Of a stretch of 64,000 bases of DNA, positions 49,823-62,500 are shown in pieces (the stretch's first letter is position 1; the number at the start of each line of letters is the position of its first letter). The notes under the pieces are model-generated. The model ran no database searches, was not told the DNA's origin, and was given only the letters and a program-made list of their open reading frames with translations. Origin of the DNA: Vicugna vicugna (Eukaryota); the NCBI GenBank assembly GCA_013265495.1, contig MU061578.1:3545308-3609307 (forward strand), written 5' to 3'. A program made the translations under genes and the position numbers.

Positions 49823-52800
49823 CTGTGGGAGAAAAGGAGGCCCAAGTGAGCTGTGCCTGGGGTGGAGCACCACCCCAGGGGACCTGCCCACCCTGGCCCT
49901 GCCTCGTGCCCACTGGCCGCCGAGGGCGAGGCGGGCTTCTGGGGAGAGGCGGTGTCCTGGCTGGGAAAGGCGCGGGGCGACCTGCCCTCCAGCAGCTCAC
50001 ACACAGCTAAGATGAGCCACCAGGATGGGGATGGTGGGGCCACATCTCCCCACCTTCTCTACCTGCTTGGTTTCCTGTCATTCTGGCACTGACCCCTTCA
50101 GGGGACCCCAAGGGCCCTGGTGACATGGAAGCTCAGATGCTGAGAGTCTGTGGTCAGAGCCCTGAGCAGCATGGGCGCCCGAGAGGTCCCATGCCCGAGA
50201 GGTGAAGGGACAGCACGGGGAGAGGAGGTGGGATCATGGGACGCTCACATGTGGTAGACAATGGAGGCTGGAGCAGTGGGGTCCTGGCCCCATGTGTGTG
50301 TTCCAGGGAACAGCTTCCACATGTGTGTAGGGTAGGCGGGCGAGGCAGGTCCCCAAGGCCTGCATGTTGACTCAGCCGTGATGCTGGCCACTGAGAGCCC
50401 AGCTGATGGGCCCTGCACCTCTGACCACAGGCTCTATCCTCCCTGCACATGGGGCAGTCCATGAGGGGCCAGCTGTGACACCATATGGAGTTGGGGTGGC
50501 CTCAGTGTGGACATCGATGTTGGAGAAGGGTACTGTGTGCAGGTGACCCTCCACGTTGAGCTGGCTACGGGCTGGACACCAGGCTGCGGCGGCCGCAGAC
50601 CCAGTGGACCTTGGTGCCTACCCTGATGCTAACTGCTGGCTCCCGTCTGCAGGGAGTGCAAGCCCGTGAAGGGCGCCAGGGTCCACAGGGTCCCCTTCCC
50701 CTGAGGCCTGGAGCCCGGGCCTCACTTCTTAGCTGCCACCACAGTCTGACACAGGCCTCTTGCATGCTGCCCTTCTCCCTCCCGGGGCCTCATGTTCTCC
50801 AACACACACGCATGCACACACGTACACACGTGCGCAGACACCACGGCTGCCATCCACCATCGGAGGGAAAGGCTGGGGCCAAAGAGAGAGATGGTAATAT
50901 CGGTGGTTCCAGCACGGTTCCAACTTTCAAACTTAGAACGTTTCTGATAATGTTTAAGTGACTTCACTTGACACTTGCTGTTTATATCCTAGCAGAAGTG
51001 CCCTCCTGCAGCTGCTGCTGGAGCACCAACCGGCCCCAGAGCATGTGGCGCCCAGCACCTGGCCCCGGGCCTGGCTGCAGCTGACCCTCACCCTCCACCC
51101 AGGCACTAGTCAAAGCACCTCGGCCTGGGTGCCCTGGAGAGGGCGGCCTCTGGCTTCACACTTGGGGCAGCGGGGGAGGGACACAGGCAGCAGGAGGAAG
51201 TCATGAAGTGGCTGCTGGCGAAGGGCCGCTGTCCCACCTGGGAGAGTTTCCCTGCCAGCTTCTCATTTGGACACGATCTCCGACTTAACAATAAACCCCA
51301 GACTCCTGACCTCCCAAACATCCCTGCCCTGCCAGGCCCGTCTCCTCTTACCACAGGCGTGTTTTCTGCACCTTTTGAGAGCAGCTGTGGGGACCTCAGT
51401 GTGAGCCTCCCAGAAGCACAACAACCCAGTCAGGACTGGGGACGGGGGCACGAGGGGGCTCTCCTGCCACTGCCAACAATGCCCCTGTGAACAGGAAGCC
51501 TGAATCCGGGCCCTCAGCTCCCATCTCTCTACCTTCCTCCGCTAGGCACGGGGACAGACACTGGGGCACAAGCTCCCTGCAGGACATCCCAGGTGTAGGG
51601 GAGCCTCGCACTCCCCGTGCCAGGTCTGGGGCTCATACTTGGGGCAGGAAGATCCCAGGGTGGCAGTGCGTCTCAGCTCAGGGTTCCCACCCAGCCTGGT
51701 GGTTCAGGGGCATCAGCCAGGGGCTCCCCTCAAAGCTGCCTTTCTCCCCTTTGCAGTTGGAGGCTGTGAAAACCACCCATCAAACCCAAGATTCCCGGTT
51801 TCAGCTTCCTCTGAGGACGCCCGCAGACTGGGCAGCTCCACTGGCCTCTGAGCAGTGGGTTCTGGGCCCGTTGTCCGTCCTGCATCTCGTAGCTGCGTCC
51901 CCTGTGAGGAGGGTGTCTCTCCTCTGCACTCTGTGGCCTGTGTGGGTGTGGATGCGTGGCTGCTGGACTCGCTGGCCTGTAACCTTCACTACCACTCCAG
52001 GCGTTTTTCCACTTTCTGGCTCTAAAGATGCTCAGGATCCCCCACCTGTTCCCTGCTGCAGCTCGGGGGCAGCCACTCCTCCAGGAGCCAGGTCCCTGTG
52101 CGGGGAGGCTGCTGTTAGAAACCCGGCCTGGGTGTCACTGTCTCTGGGCTCCTTGGTGGGGAGAGCTAGGAATGTGCAACTGCGTCTCACCCGCCCCGCG
52201 TGAGTGCCAGCCCAGCCTGCAAACTTGCATTCACCCGCCTTCTCTCCCATCGTGGCCGCAGAGGCTCCCAGTGTGTGAATGTAGAGGGTGGATCAGACAT
52301 GGAGGGGAGCCCCTCTGGGGAGGGGGTCCAGGGCTGCGAGGGTAATGGGGTGGGGGAGCAGGACTGTCCTGCTCAAAGGCAAGTGTTTCCTGACGCCAGA
52401 TTCACCACACGCCACTCAGCGCCTGACTGGAGTGAAACCACTGTGGTCCTAAAATTGGAGATATTCTGGTGGTTAGCAACAATTTCACTCAACAACAGGA
52501 AAACACAGCATCAAATCAGTTCCAAATGTTTCAGCAAACAGCACAGTGCTTTCTGAATACAGTGTGTACACGTGTACACGTGTGCACGTGTGTGTGAGAG
52601 TGAAAGCAAGGCTGCCTGAAGGTGCTGAGGTCCCTGGACAGGAGAGTGTGGTGGATGTGAGCGCAGACCCCTCTCCTAGCAGCACCTGGAAGGGTGCCCA
52701 GCTGGTCCCCCTGGGTCAGGAGCAGCCCTTCCATCACGTCTGGGAAGAGGACAGTGGACCCTGCTTGCTCCTCAGGGCTGAAGACCTCACCCTCACCAAC

Positions 52801-55800
52801 AGCCACGGGCAGCAGGGAAAGGAAGAGTGAGCTTCGATGAGGCAGCTGCACCCCATCCATGGTGAGGAGAGGCTGGGACCTCCACTCAGAAGAAAAGGGA
52901 GTCCAGGGCCCTCTGCACCCCCACCCCAGTAAACAAAGGCAGGCAGGGCCCACTCCAGGTGAGAGATGTGCTGCTGACGTGGATCTGTGGGCTTCCTTCT
53001 CCTATTCCCACCCCTTCCCAGACCCAAGTGAGGTGTCCCGGCCATGGGGAGGCAGCTTCTCCGATGGCCTGGAGGTGGGGGTCCCTTGGGCTGAGAGGGC
53101 CTGGCACCTGCCAGCCAGCAGGGAAACGCAGACAGTCCTGCTGTCCCCAGCCCTCGAGGCACCGGGGCCAGGAGAGCCATGTACCCACAGGCTGGGGTCC
53201 CTGAGGGTGGGAACTGCGGTGGGGTGGTGGTGGCCACTGTGGTGGCCCCAGTGAGGACGTGCAGCCTACTGCCGAGGACATGCGTCCATGAGGCCTTTGG
53301 CCTTTGTTTTGTCTCTCCTGGGGTTTCTCAGGGCCAATCCCTCAGCCCCAATCCTGGGACCCAGGAGTGGCTACTGCCCTCCACCCGAGTGGACAGTGGC
53401 AGGCATGAGGGCAGGGCTCTCAGGTCACCTGCTCACAGGGAGCAAGCCCAGTGCAGGTCCCAGGACTCGGTCTCCAGCTCACTGTCCCCAGCTGACCGGA
53501 CGGTCACATCGGTTGAGCAGAAACGCTCCCTCTGCTGGGCCCTGTCTGAAGACCCACTCAGGGAGCCTGTTGGCCTCGCTCGCAGCTCCTGGCGATTCAG
53601 GACACAGATGAAAGAGAAGTGTCTGTGCGGGGGGCCTGCAGGGCAGAGTCTCCTGGGCACCAAGCCTGCTCGTTCTCCTCCAGAGCCGCGTCCTGCGGGG
53701 CTTCTCAAGGAACCTGTGCGGGATCCTGTGTGCGCCTCCCAATGGGCAGCCCCCGCTTCTCGCACCGCTTACTGTAAAAGTAAGAAAACACACGGCTCCC
53801 AACGCTCGTTCAGAGCTGGGAGGGAAGTGAGCTCCTGCTGGGGGGCTGCAGGAGCGCGGGCTCCCCATGGCTGCAGCAGGGTAAGGAGCTCTTCTTTGGA
53901 GCCAGGCGGGCTTTGGCATTTCCATCTGCGGTTGGGGCGGGCATCACTGGACGAGGGACCCGTCCTGGACTTGTTAGAACGACTCTGTTCTTCAGGGGGC
54001 AAGCCTCCGTGGAGGGCGTGGCCGCAAGGGACTGCAGACTAATGGCGACTCCCCAGCCAACGCGGCCTCAGGTCGGTGAAGGCCCTCAGATGCCGGCCCG
54101 GGAGGGGTGGGCGGGTGCACATCAGACTTAAACAGGGGAAGGACATGACCAAGTTAATGGGCTAGGATTTCACTTCCAGGTAAGGTGGGCTTCCCTGAGC
54201 CTCTCTGTGCCACAGACATGAGAAGAGGTGCGGGGCTGTGGTATCTGCATCTCCCGCAAAGAGAATTCCTTGCAAGGTTTCATTTCCCGAAGGCTGGTGC
54301 TGCTGGTCGAGCCATGTTCCCGTCTGCAGGTTTACGATCTGCCGAGAGATGTGTTCGCGGGGGTGGGGCCTGTTCTGTGCTAACCTGACGTCAGCAGGGT
54401 CCCCGAGCCTCCCTTCTCCAGCCAGCCCAGTACAGCTTCATTTTTGTTTGCACCGAAGCTGGAAAAACCACCACGCCATGAAGTCTGGTTGTAAACTGTG
54501 GAAGTGGCGACTGGAACATCGCACCCCGTAAAGCTCGGCTGCAGTGCCAGTGCTGCCCGTGCTGCATCCTCGCCGCTCTCACCTACGGGGCCGCAGCTCG
54601 TTAGAGAATAAGGCCCTGTGTCCAGGGCTGCCCTACCAGACCCCTGTAACATTTTACAATTGGTTTCCCTAAAAAGAGACGATTTAAAATAAGAAAAATG
54701 TGAGGAAAGCGTGGAGAGTGATAAAAATTGTGTAGGGATCTAGCAGGTACAAATCTGCAGGGAGATCTTCCTGTCAGGGTGCCAGTCCCCTCCTCAGGAC
54801 AAGTCCAAGGACAAAAATGTTTTCCAGCCAGATTCCCATTTTAGGGACTATATATAACGTGTCTGGGTTTGAATGAGAAAAGACACACATGTAACTCTCC
54901 TCTGAAGAACAAGTTTCTTCAAACTCTCAAGTCCCCCAAGCCCGTTTAACACATCCCTGGGCTGCACACCCTCTCTGTTGATGCACAGGGCTGCGAGGTG
55001 AGGGTCCGTGGCGGGGGTGGGAGGGGGCTTCACTGGGCACAGGACGCCGGTGTGTGTCCCCAGGTTGCTGGGGAGGGGAGACTGCACCTCTTGGGATGAA
55101 GAGGCCACATCGCTGTGTGCTCTCACGTGTGGTGGAGAGTGGCCCCCATGGGCACTGGAAGGGGCAGGGCCTTTGGGTGTCGGCTGAAGGCTCCTTGCCT
55201 CTGTCTGCAACACGCACACAAAACACCTTCTCACAAACTCAGGAACTGCCCTTGGACACAGCCAGCAAGCTAGGACCCCCAGCCTCTCAGAGGGAACTTG
55301 GTCACAGTGTCTGCAAGTTCACATTCACTGCTTTCCCAGGAACGTCTGGATGAGGCAGAAGTTCTCTGGCTTGTACAGCTGTGCCTGGGCACTCAGTGAC
55401 AGCTGGATGGGCTCAAGGGCCACAAAACCTGCAGGTCACAGGCGGCTGGGCTGGGCTGGGCCAGTGTTCACACTCAGGTTACGGCAGCTCATCTAGAGCA
55501 TCAGGACACAATGGCCAGTGTTTCCCTGGATGACGCCCTGTCCCAGGAGGGTGCCTGGCCCCTGGGAGGTGGAAGGACTCTGGGGTCAGTGTGCTAAGAA
55601 TGAGAACAGGTGGGTGGGGCCGGCTGCAGCTGGTCACCAACGTCTCTGGTGCTCAGCGCAGGAGGTAGGTGTGTCTGGAGACCCACACACAACCTTAAGC
55701 CAGGTGCCCTGTGTGTTCCCAGGGGTGCCAGTCAAACTCCGGGATGCCCCTGCCCGAGGACAGCCCCCTGCTGCTCTGTATTCCATGCTGGGTGCCTCCT

Positions 55801-58800
55801 GAGCTGGTTCTTGGGGGGTCTCCTGCCCACCTGGCTCTGCCTGCAGCCCTGAGCTCGGCTGCTCCCAGCAGAGACAGTCCTGGTGCTGACCAACCATTGG
55901 GGAAGGAGTTCCAGACACCACACAGGGAGCTGTTTGCCAGTGGATATAACTGCTCTGCATGCAATTTCTGCAGATGAGCCCACCTCAGTCAGCCTTTCAG
56001 GGAGCCCCCAGCTACAGGTCCTGAGGTGGAACCTCTCAGAAGGAAAGCATGGGGGACCCTGCTTCCCTGTGCCCAGTGTGGAAAGCCGGCTCCCCAGATC
56101 CCAGAGGCTGGTCAAGGGTCCAGTTCAGGCTGTGGAACCGAAAGTCAGTGTTAAATTTCCCTGTATCTCCAGCAACACAATGGAGCTAGATGCCCCCAGA
56201 AGCATGTATAAAACTGTTGGCAATGTTTGTAGTTGATTTACTTGAGACCCAACTGAGAATGTTTCCTTAGGCACACCCTGTGCCTGGCTCCTTCCTGATA
56301 ACGGACCTTGTAAAACCTACGTGGACATGGAGCGCCCCACCACGCAGGTGTTCCCAGCGAGAGCTGGCGTCCCTGCTGCCGGAGCTGGGCTGCGTCCGCG
56401 GGTGTTCTGCAGCTGCACGTGCACCAGGAGACAGCTCACACGTTCAAGGCTTCTCCCTGTGGGGCTGTGGCAGACGGGGCAGAAGGCAGCGTGGAGCACA
56501 TTGCGGACACTGTCCTTGCCCTGTGTGGGCCTCTCGGGTACATCCCATGGGGCATGTGGTCAGCAAGTGCGACCCGACCGGACCTGCACAAAGTGCGCTG
56601 CGTACTTGCCGCGATGCTGGGTCTCCACACAGACCTCGAGGGTTCGCCATGATGCTGCTGAATTTTGAAATTTTCCATATAAAGACATAAAGTCACAACA
56701 GCAGGAAACCAGGTTTCAGCAGCAACTTGCGAGCAAACCCTGGGCTACAAGTTACTCTCAACTGCACATAACAGGTGCCCAAGACGCAGCCCACGATGCA
56801 GCCACATGCGGACCACGCCTCGTGGTACCTGCCTTTTGGATGCCATGACGACCGCACCTAGGACTTGATGCCACCTTCAAAAGCTCTCCATGGATGTTAT
56901 TTCTGTGAGACAAGCATCTCAGATGTTTCACATAAAAACAGCACATGGTGCTGTCTTTACAACTCTCAGAAACGACAGTTTGAGAGAATGGAGGGGAATT
57001 CTGGGATTCGTCAACTCGTCTTCCTTAGTGATGTGCCAAAGCCCTTGAGAGGTCTGCCAAAGCCTGCCTAGTCCAGGTCCTTGAAATCACTGCCTTGCAA
57101 GCCACTTCCCCAGAGTTTTCACAAGCACCTGCCCTACATGGGATACACACAACAGTGGACAGATGGGAGAGGGCCAGACACGTGGTCAGGGGCAGAGGCT
57201 CTGAGCACGCGTCCCTCGAACTGCTGTTGTGGACCAAGAGAAACAGGGCCTCGTGGAAGGGAGAAGCAGGGTCCAGCACATGGGAAGGGGTGGGGGGCAT
57301 TCCCCGACCAGCATCTGACACCTACCCTCACAGCCACCAGGCTATGTGGATGTGTGGGGCAGAGTGCTTCCACGGATCGAGGTGGGGCAGGGACAGTGCC
57401 TGGACAGTTGGATCTCATGGTCACATCTGCATGGGGACACCTAGCGGCAAAGGCCACCGAGTTGTAGGTCTGCTGTGGCCAGCAGTGTGGATGGTCAAGA
57501 GCGTTATGAAGGAGAGCTGAAGGGCGCTGCGTCCCTCCCCCGATCCCAGCTCTCTAAGGTGAGCGGGCTCTCAGAGAGATGACCAGAGTCCAAGCACAGA
57601 GCCCACTTCTGGCCCTGTCACAGTTGGGCACGTAGCTCCTGCTCCACGGTCGAGGCTCTGGGGTGGATCCCGACATGCCCTGCAGGTCAGTGGTCCCACG
57701 GTGAATGGATACAAAGGCTGCCTCTGTGGGCGAAATGCTGCGGGACTTTACAAGTAACAGGAGTGGAAAGTGATTTATGTCCTGGGTTAAAGGTCAGCTC
57801 TGAGTGCAGGACTTCGGAGCAAAACAACAGCGTCACTTGTTTACCTCGTTCACGCACTGGGGGTGGGGGAGAAAGACCAGGCCCAGACCAGCTCCCAGGG
57901 ACACGGCAGACAGGCCCTCGGAGACCACCCAGCGGCCAGACCGTCTTCACAACCCAGTGACCAGAACACACCCCCTTACAAGTGAGTCGCCAAGGCTTGG
58001 GGTCAGGGCTTTCTCATGCAAGTGATAAGTCCAGCACAGAGGAGTTTCAAGGTATCAACCTGCAGAATCAAAGTACTCCAAAGAGAAAAAGTTCAGTCTT
58101 GATCAGTCTGCACAGAGAAGAGGCACCTGGGAAGACGAGTTTGCTGCTAAGAGCATTTTGTACATCTTGAAGCTAAGTGGGCGAGATGTAAACCCGCTGG
58201 CACGTAAACCGCTTTTACTTTTCCTCCTTCCTGCAGCGTCTGACAGTGGCCATGTGCCCAGGGGTCTTCCTGGTGCCCTCACTGAGCGGCCGTGACTGGG
58301 AACATCCATGCAGGCAGAGAACGGACAAGGACGGAAGCCATCGGTGCACTGCTCCAAGGGATTCCGACCTGTGCATGCTCGGGTGGCCTGTGTGTCTCAG
58401 CCACAACGATGGAGGCCGCCTACCTCTTCTCTCGTGGTGCCTGAGGATCAATGTTCCTTCTGATAGGACAGACTGAATTCACCAAAAACTGCCCTTCAGT
58501 TACGATGTTATTGCCCATGGGGAAGAGCCCCTAAGGTGGCTCTCAGGCCTGGGACTCACAGGGATGCCCTCTGTGAGACAGCTGCAAGACTCTGCCAGGT
58601 GCCTGGGCACCACACAGGAGGCAGTGCGATGCCCCCAGACACGGTGCAGCCTCACCCGACCCTTGGTCCAGTTGGTGAAGATGAGAAAGACGGCACAGGC
58701 TGTGGGCTGCCCACACCCCTCACAGCAGACCTGCCTCCCGCTGCCCTCAACGTGCTGCCGGGTCCAGGGTGAGTATGGGCCCAGGGTCTGCTTCCTCATT

Positions 58801-59505
58801 GCCTCTCAGGGTCGGGGTGCTGGGGCTCGGCTCCTGTGACTTCCTGGGGCCTGGTCGTAGTAATATACCTCAAGGACGGCATCCCCATGGTCAACAGACA
58901 AGTTCAAGGTGAAACAGAAACACCAGCAAGATGAGAGATGGGCCTGAATGCTCCTGTCACAGAGGCCCCTCCCTGCTGCTCACTTAGGGCCCCTGGTCCT
59001 GCCAGTGCAGCCTCCTCTCTCTTCTCACAGGCCCTGCGGTTCCTGTGGCCCCTGCTGCTGGTGGCCACAGACTGGAGTCCAGGTCACCTAGGACAGACCA
59101 CGTGGCCCAACTGTCTTTGCCCCAGGGGCACAGACAACCTCAAAGGGATAAATCAAGCAGTTCTGCCATCAGCCAACAGCACGAGAGGGTTCCAGCCCCT
59201 ACTCCTGACATCAACCCAGTGCCCTCACTCCAGTTCAGTTTACAAAGTGGCTGTGGAAACAAGATTCCACTGAGGAAAGGCTTTTGGTGCTAGAAGGAGC
59301 CCACCCCTCCAAACGGCCTCTGCGGGCTGACAACCCCACCTGACCCAGATGCCACGGGACCCACAGCCTCGGCGGCCGACGCCCTGTCTTGCCAGCCCAG
59401 CAAACGGGACCCTCTGCAAGCCATCTGTGACCTGGCGCCCGCCCGCCCGCCCCAGGAGACAGGCCCGGGAGCTGTGGCAGGAGTGTAGGTGGCCACGCCG
59501 CTCAC

Positions 59506-59571
59506 CTCATAGTGGAAGTCCATGCAGGTGAGGTCCCACCAGCACCGATCCCCACGGATCTTGATCAGACC
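59506..59571 (-). CDS. LMF1: LMF1 coding exon (exon 5 equivalent), 66 bp; upstream exons are outside the window
   Basis: tctccttggcag|GGT ... GAG|gtgag. Encodes GLIKIRGDRCWWDLTCMDFHYE, which joins in frame to TQPVPNP to give the LMF-family HYETQP.P.P motif. Confidence 0.96.
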
Positions 59572-62500
59572 CTGCCAAGGAGACAGAGAGACGTGTGAGC
59601 CACTTCAGAATCAACACGTAAGAGATGCAATGTCACCTGACACCTGACGTGATATGAGACGGAAAGTTTGAATGATGCTTCAGGAAAGGCACCTTCAGGG
59701 TGTCTGAAGACTAAAAGTAGCCAATGCAGCTCAAAAGAAGCACTGCCTCCTTTCTGTAGAGTCAGTTCCTCCTGTGTTTTCCTTAAAACCCCGTTTTTAG
59801 ACTCTGACCTTCATCACAGTAGTGCAACCGTGAGGCTTTGGAAATGCGCAAATTTGCAAAAGCACAAGAACTCAACCTGTCTCACATGTCTGGAGATGCC
59901 ACCTGAAATGTGGAAGGGACAGCGTCCCAACTGCTAGGGTGACGACAGTTCAGAAGCTCTGGTGGCCTGGGAGAGAAAGCCCACCAGCTACGGTACAGGA
60001 GATCCTGGTGCTCAGGCCCGGGAGGGGCTCAGGGCGCTGCCGTGCTGCCCAGCCCACTGAGAAAGCTGCCGCGGAGAGCACGGCCTTGCTGAACGGCCCT
60101 CAGGCCACCTTCTCGGTGACCCTGCCGGACTCCCTGCTGTGCAGTGTCCAGGGTGGCCTGGACAGGTGGCCTGGTCTGCAGTCGCAGGGGCACTCAGCTC
60201 ACGTGCCGCCACGCACCCCCACCCACCTGCCCTTGGGAATCACAGCTCCACACGATCCCTTCAGAGTCAGAAGCAAACTGCTCCCCGACGGGACCAGACT
60301 GGTGCTTGAGACGCAGAGACTCAGCTCTTAACATCTGTGTCTCATGTGACGGCTGGACTGGAAGGGGAGAAGCTGCGTCCACAACGAAGCAAGCCTGGAT
60401 GGCAGTGGCTGCCTTGTGGTGCTGGTCTCTGCAACTGCTGCTGCTCCAGGGCAGGTCCCGTGGCTTCAGCCCACACACCCGACCAGGCTGTCTGCGGGGA
60501 GCCTCCTCACCGGACGCAGCTGACCGCAGCCCGTGACCACGTCTGCACAAAGCACCTCATAGCAACACCAAGATCGGAGTTCGGTTGAAGACCTGGGGTG
60601 GCAGCCCCACCGGGCTGGTGCGTACAACTGACCTTCCCGCAAGGGAAGGACTTAAGGGTGGTTGAGGGCTCTAAACCGAGGACAGGACAGTGTGGTGGCC
60701 ATGGAGCCAGCAAGACAGGATGACTGTCCAGGATGTGAGTCACGGCCCTCTCTGGACTCGTCTGGAATGTGAAGCCCACAGGATGGGCTGAGGGAGCAGC
60801 CAAGACCTCAGGCCTGGGCCCTGCTGGGCTCATGGACACAGCAACACGAAAAGGAGCAGGGATTATGAAACAACAGAGAAGGTGGAGTGGAGTGTGGCAG
60901 CCACGCAGCTTCTACAGTGAGACTGAATGACAGTGTCCCTGCCGTGCACGCAGGCCAGACACGAGGTAATCATGCAGCCTCCCAGGGGGTTTACAAATAC
61001 ATCCGAAAGAAACTCCACTATTCACTTCTGGGCACTGTGAAGACCCAGGGGCTGTTTCAAAGCTGGTTTTGGAGGGGCCTGCTGCCTATTTCAGCACCAC
61101 CCCCCTGGGGTCCCATACATCCTGCGGTGTGGGGCCCAACCCTAGCATCACGGGAGCGCGTGTGCTGAGGCAGACCTGTGCTCCAAGGACCTGAGGGTTG
61201 CTGTTTAGAGACTCACAGGATGAATCACTTTGAGAAGCAGAAAGTCACGTCTCCCTGGAAACTGGGTTTGCTTAGACCACAGAAGTGCCAGAGAAGTGAC
61301 TTCCAGTTTGAACTCTGCTATATAGTCCCGTCTGTATGAAAAAAACAGCGCTTTGGACAATCAAACGTGTCCTGCTGACCTAGATCTGACCAAGCCCCTG
61401 CCCTGCTGATGCGGATGAACCGCTGGCTTCTGATGAAAACGCACCTGCCCGTTCGGCAGGGAAACTCAGTTGCTGTCACACGATGCTCCCCTGTGGGTGC
61501 GGCTCCGCTCCCTGCATCCTTCAGAATCCGAGAGTGGTACTCTTTGGAGACTCAAACCAGGCAAAGGAGAAAAAAAACAAAATAATTAAAATGTCATTCA
61601 AATTCTAAGCTGATATGAGACACTTAAAAATCTGAAACATTCTTTTGGGAGCGGAAGATAATTACATTCCTCCCCATCTATTGATTTCTCCCTACAATGC
61701 AGATGTCAGATTTTCCACGGATTTTTTTTTCTTCCAGAGTAAGTGTCAAAGGAACAAAGCCTTCTTTGAGCCTTTTTCAGCCCAAAATTAATTCCAAAAA
61801 AATGGCACAGACAGGCCAGCAACACACGAGTGACCTACAGCTGTCCACACAACCCCTGCTCTCCCTGGGGAAGGGAGAGTGCTGGGATGCTGGAACATTC
61901 TGGGGCGACCGGGGAGACCTCAGGCCTTATGGGCAGTGTTTGGGGGGCAGATGCCCACGGGATGCAGAGAGGCTTCTCTGAGGCTCACAGGTCCGAGAAT
62001 ACGATTCTTAGTATCTCCCATTTGGAAATGAGAGAAAGCAAGGCCCCACGCCACAGGAAGAACATCCATTTCTGTAACACTGCAGCAGTCCCATCACACC
62101 TAATTGGGTAGGGGGGGCTCCCAGACCTACAGCTGCGGAAGAGGGGGTGGCCCATGGGGTCCTGCACCAGCACAGGGGCTCCCTCCACAGCACCCCCATT
62201 TTGTAGACACCACACCCCGTTCTCTCACTGTCACAGCCTCTGCGTGATCTAGAGATCCTTTCTTCCTGATGCAAACACAAGTGACTAGTCCCACGTTCCT
62301 TTTCCACAAAGGACAAGCCTCTTTGACCTGGGGGTGGTGAGCACTAACAAAGGGTTTGCAGGTGTGAGAGGAGTGGTGTTCCACCTCGAAGCAGGCTTGC
62401 TGGTCTGGGATGCGCTACCAGCCACGCTGGGTGGGGGCCGGCGCGCCCAGTCCTGTCTGATCCGGCAGCACTCTGCATCTCTCCTCCGAGAGCTGAGCTG

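Noticed and set aside
53179..54042. 287-aa plus-strand ORF in LMF1 intron 5
   Set aside because: No homology recognised and no supporting gene structure; consistent with a chance ORF at high GC.
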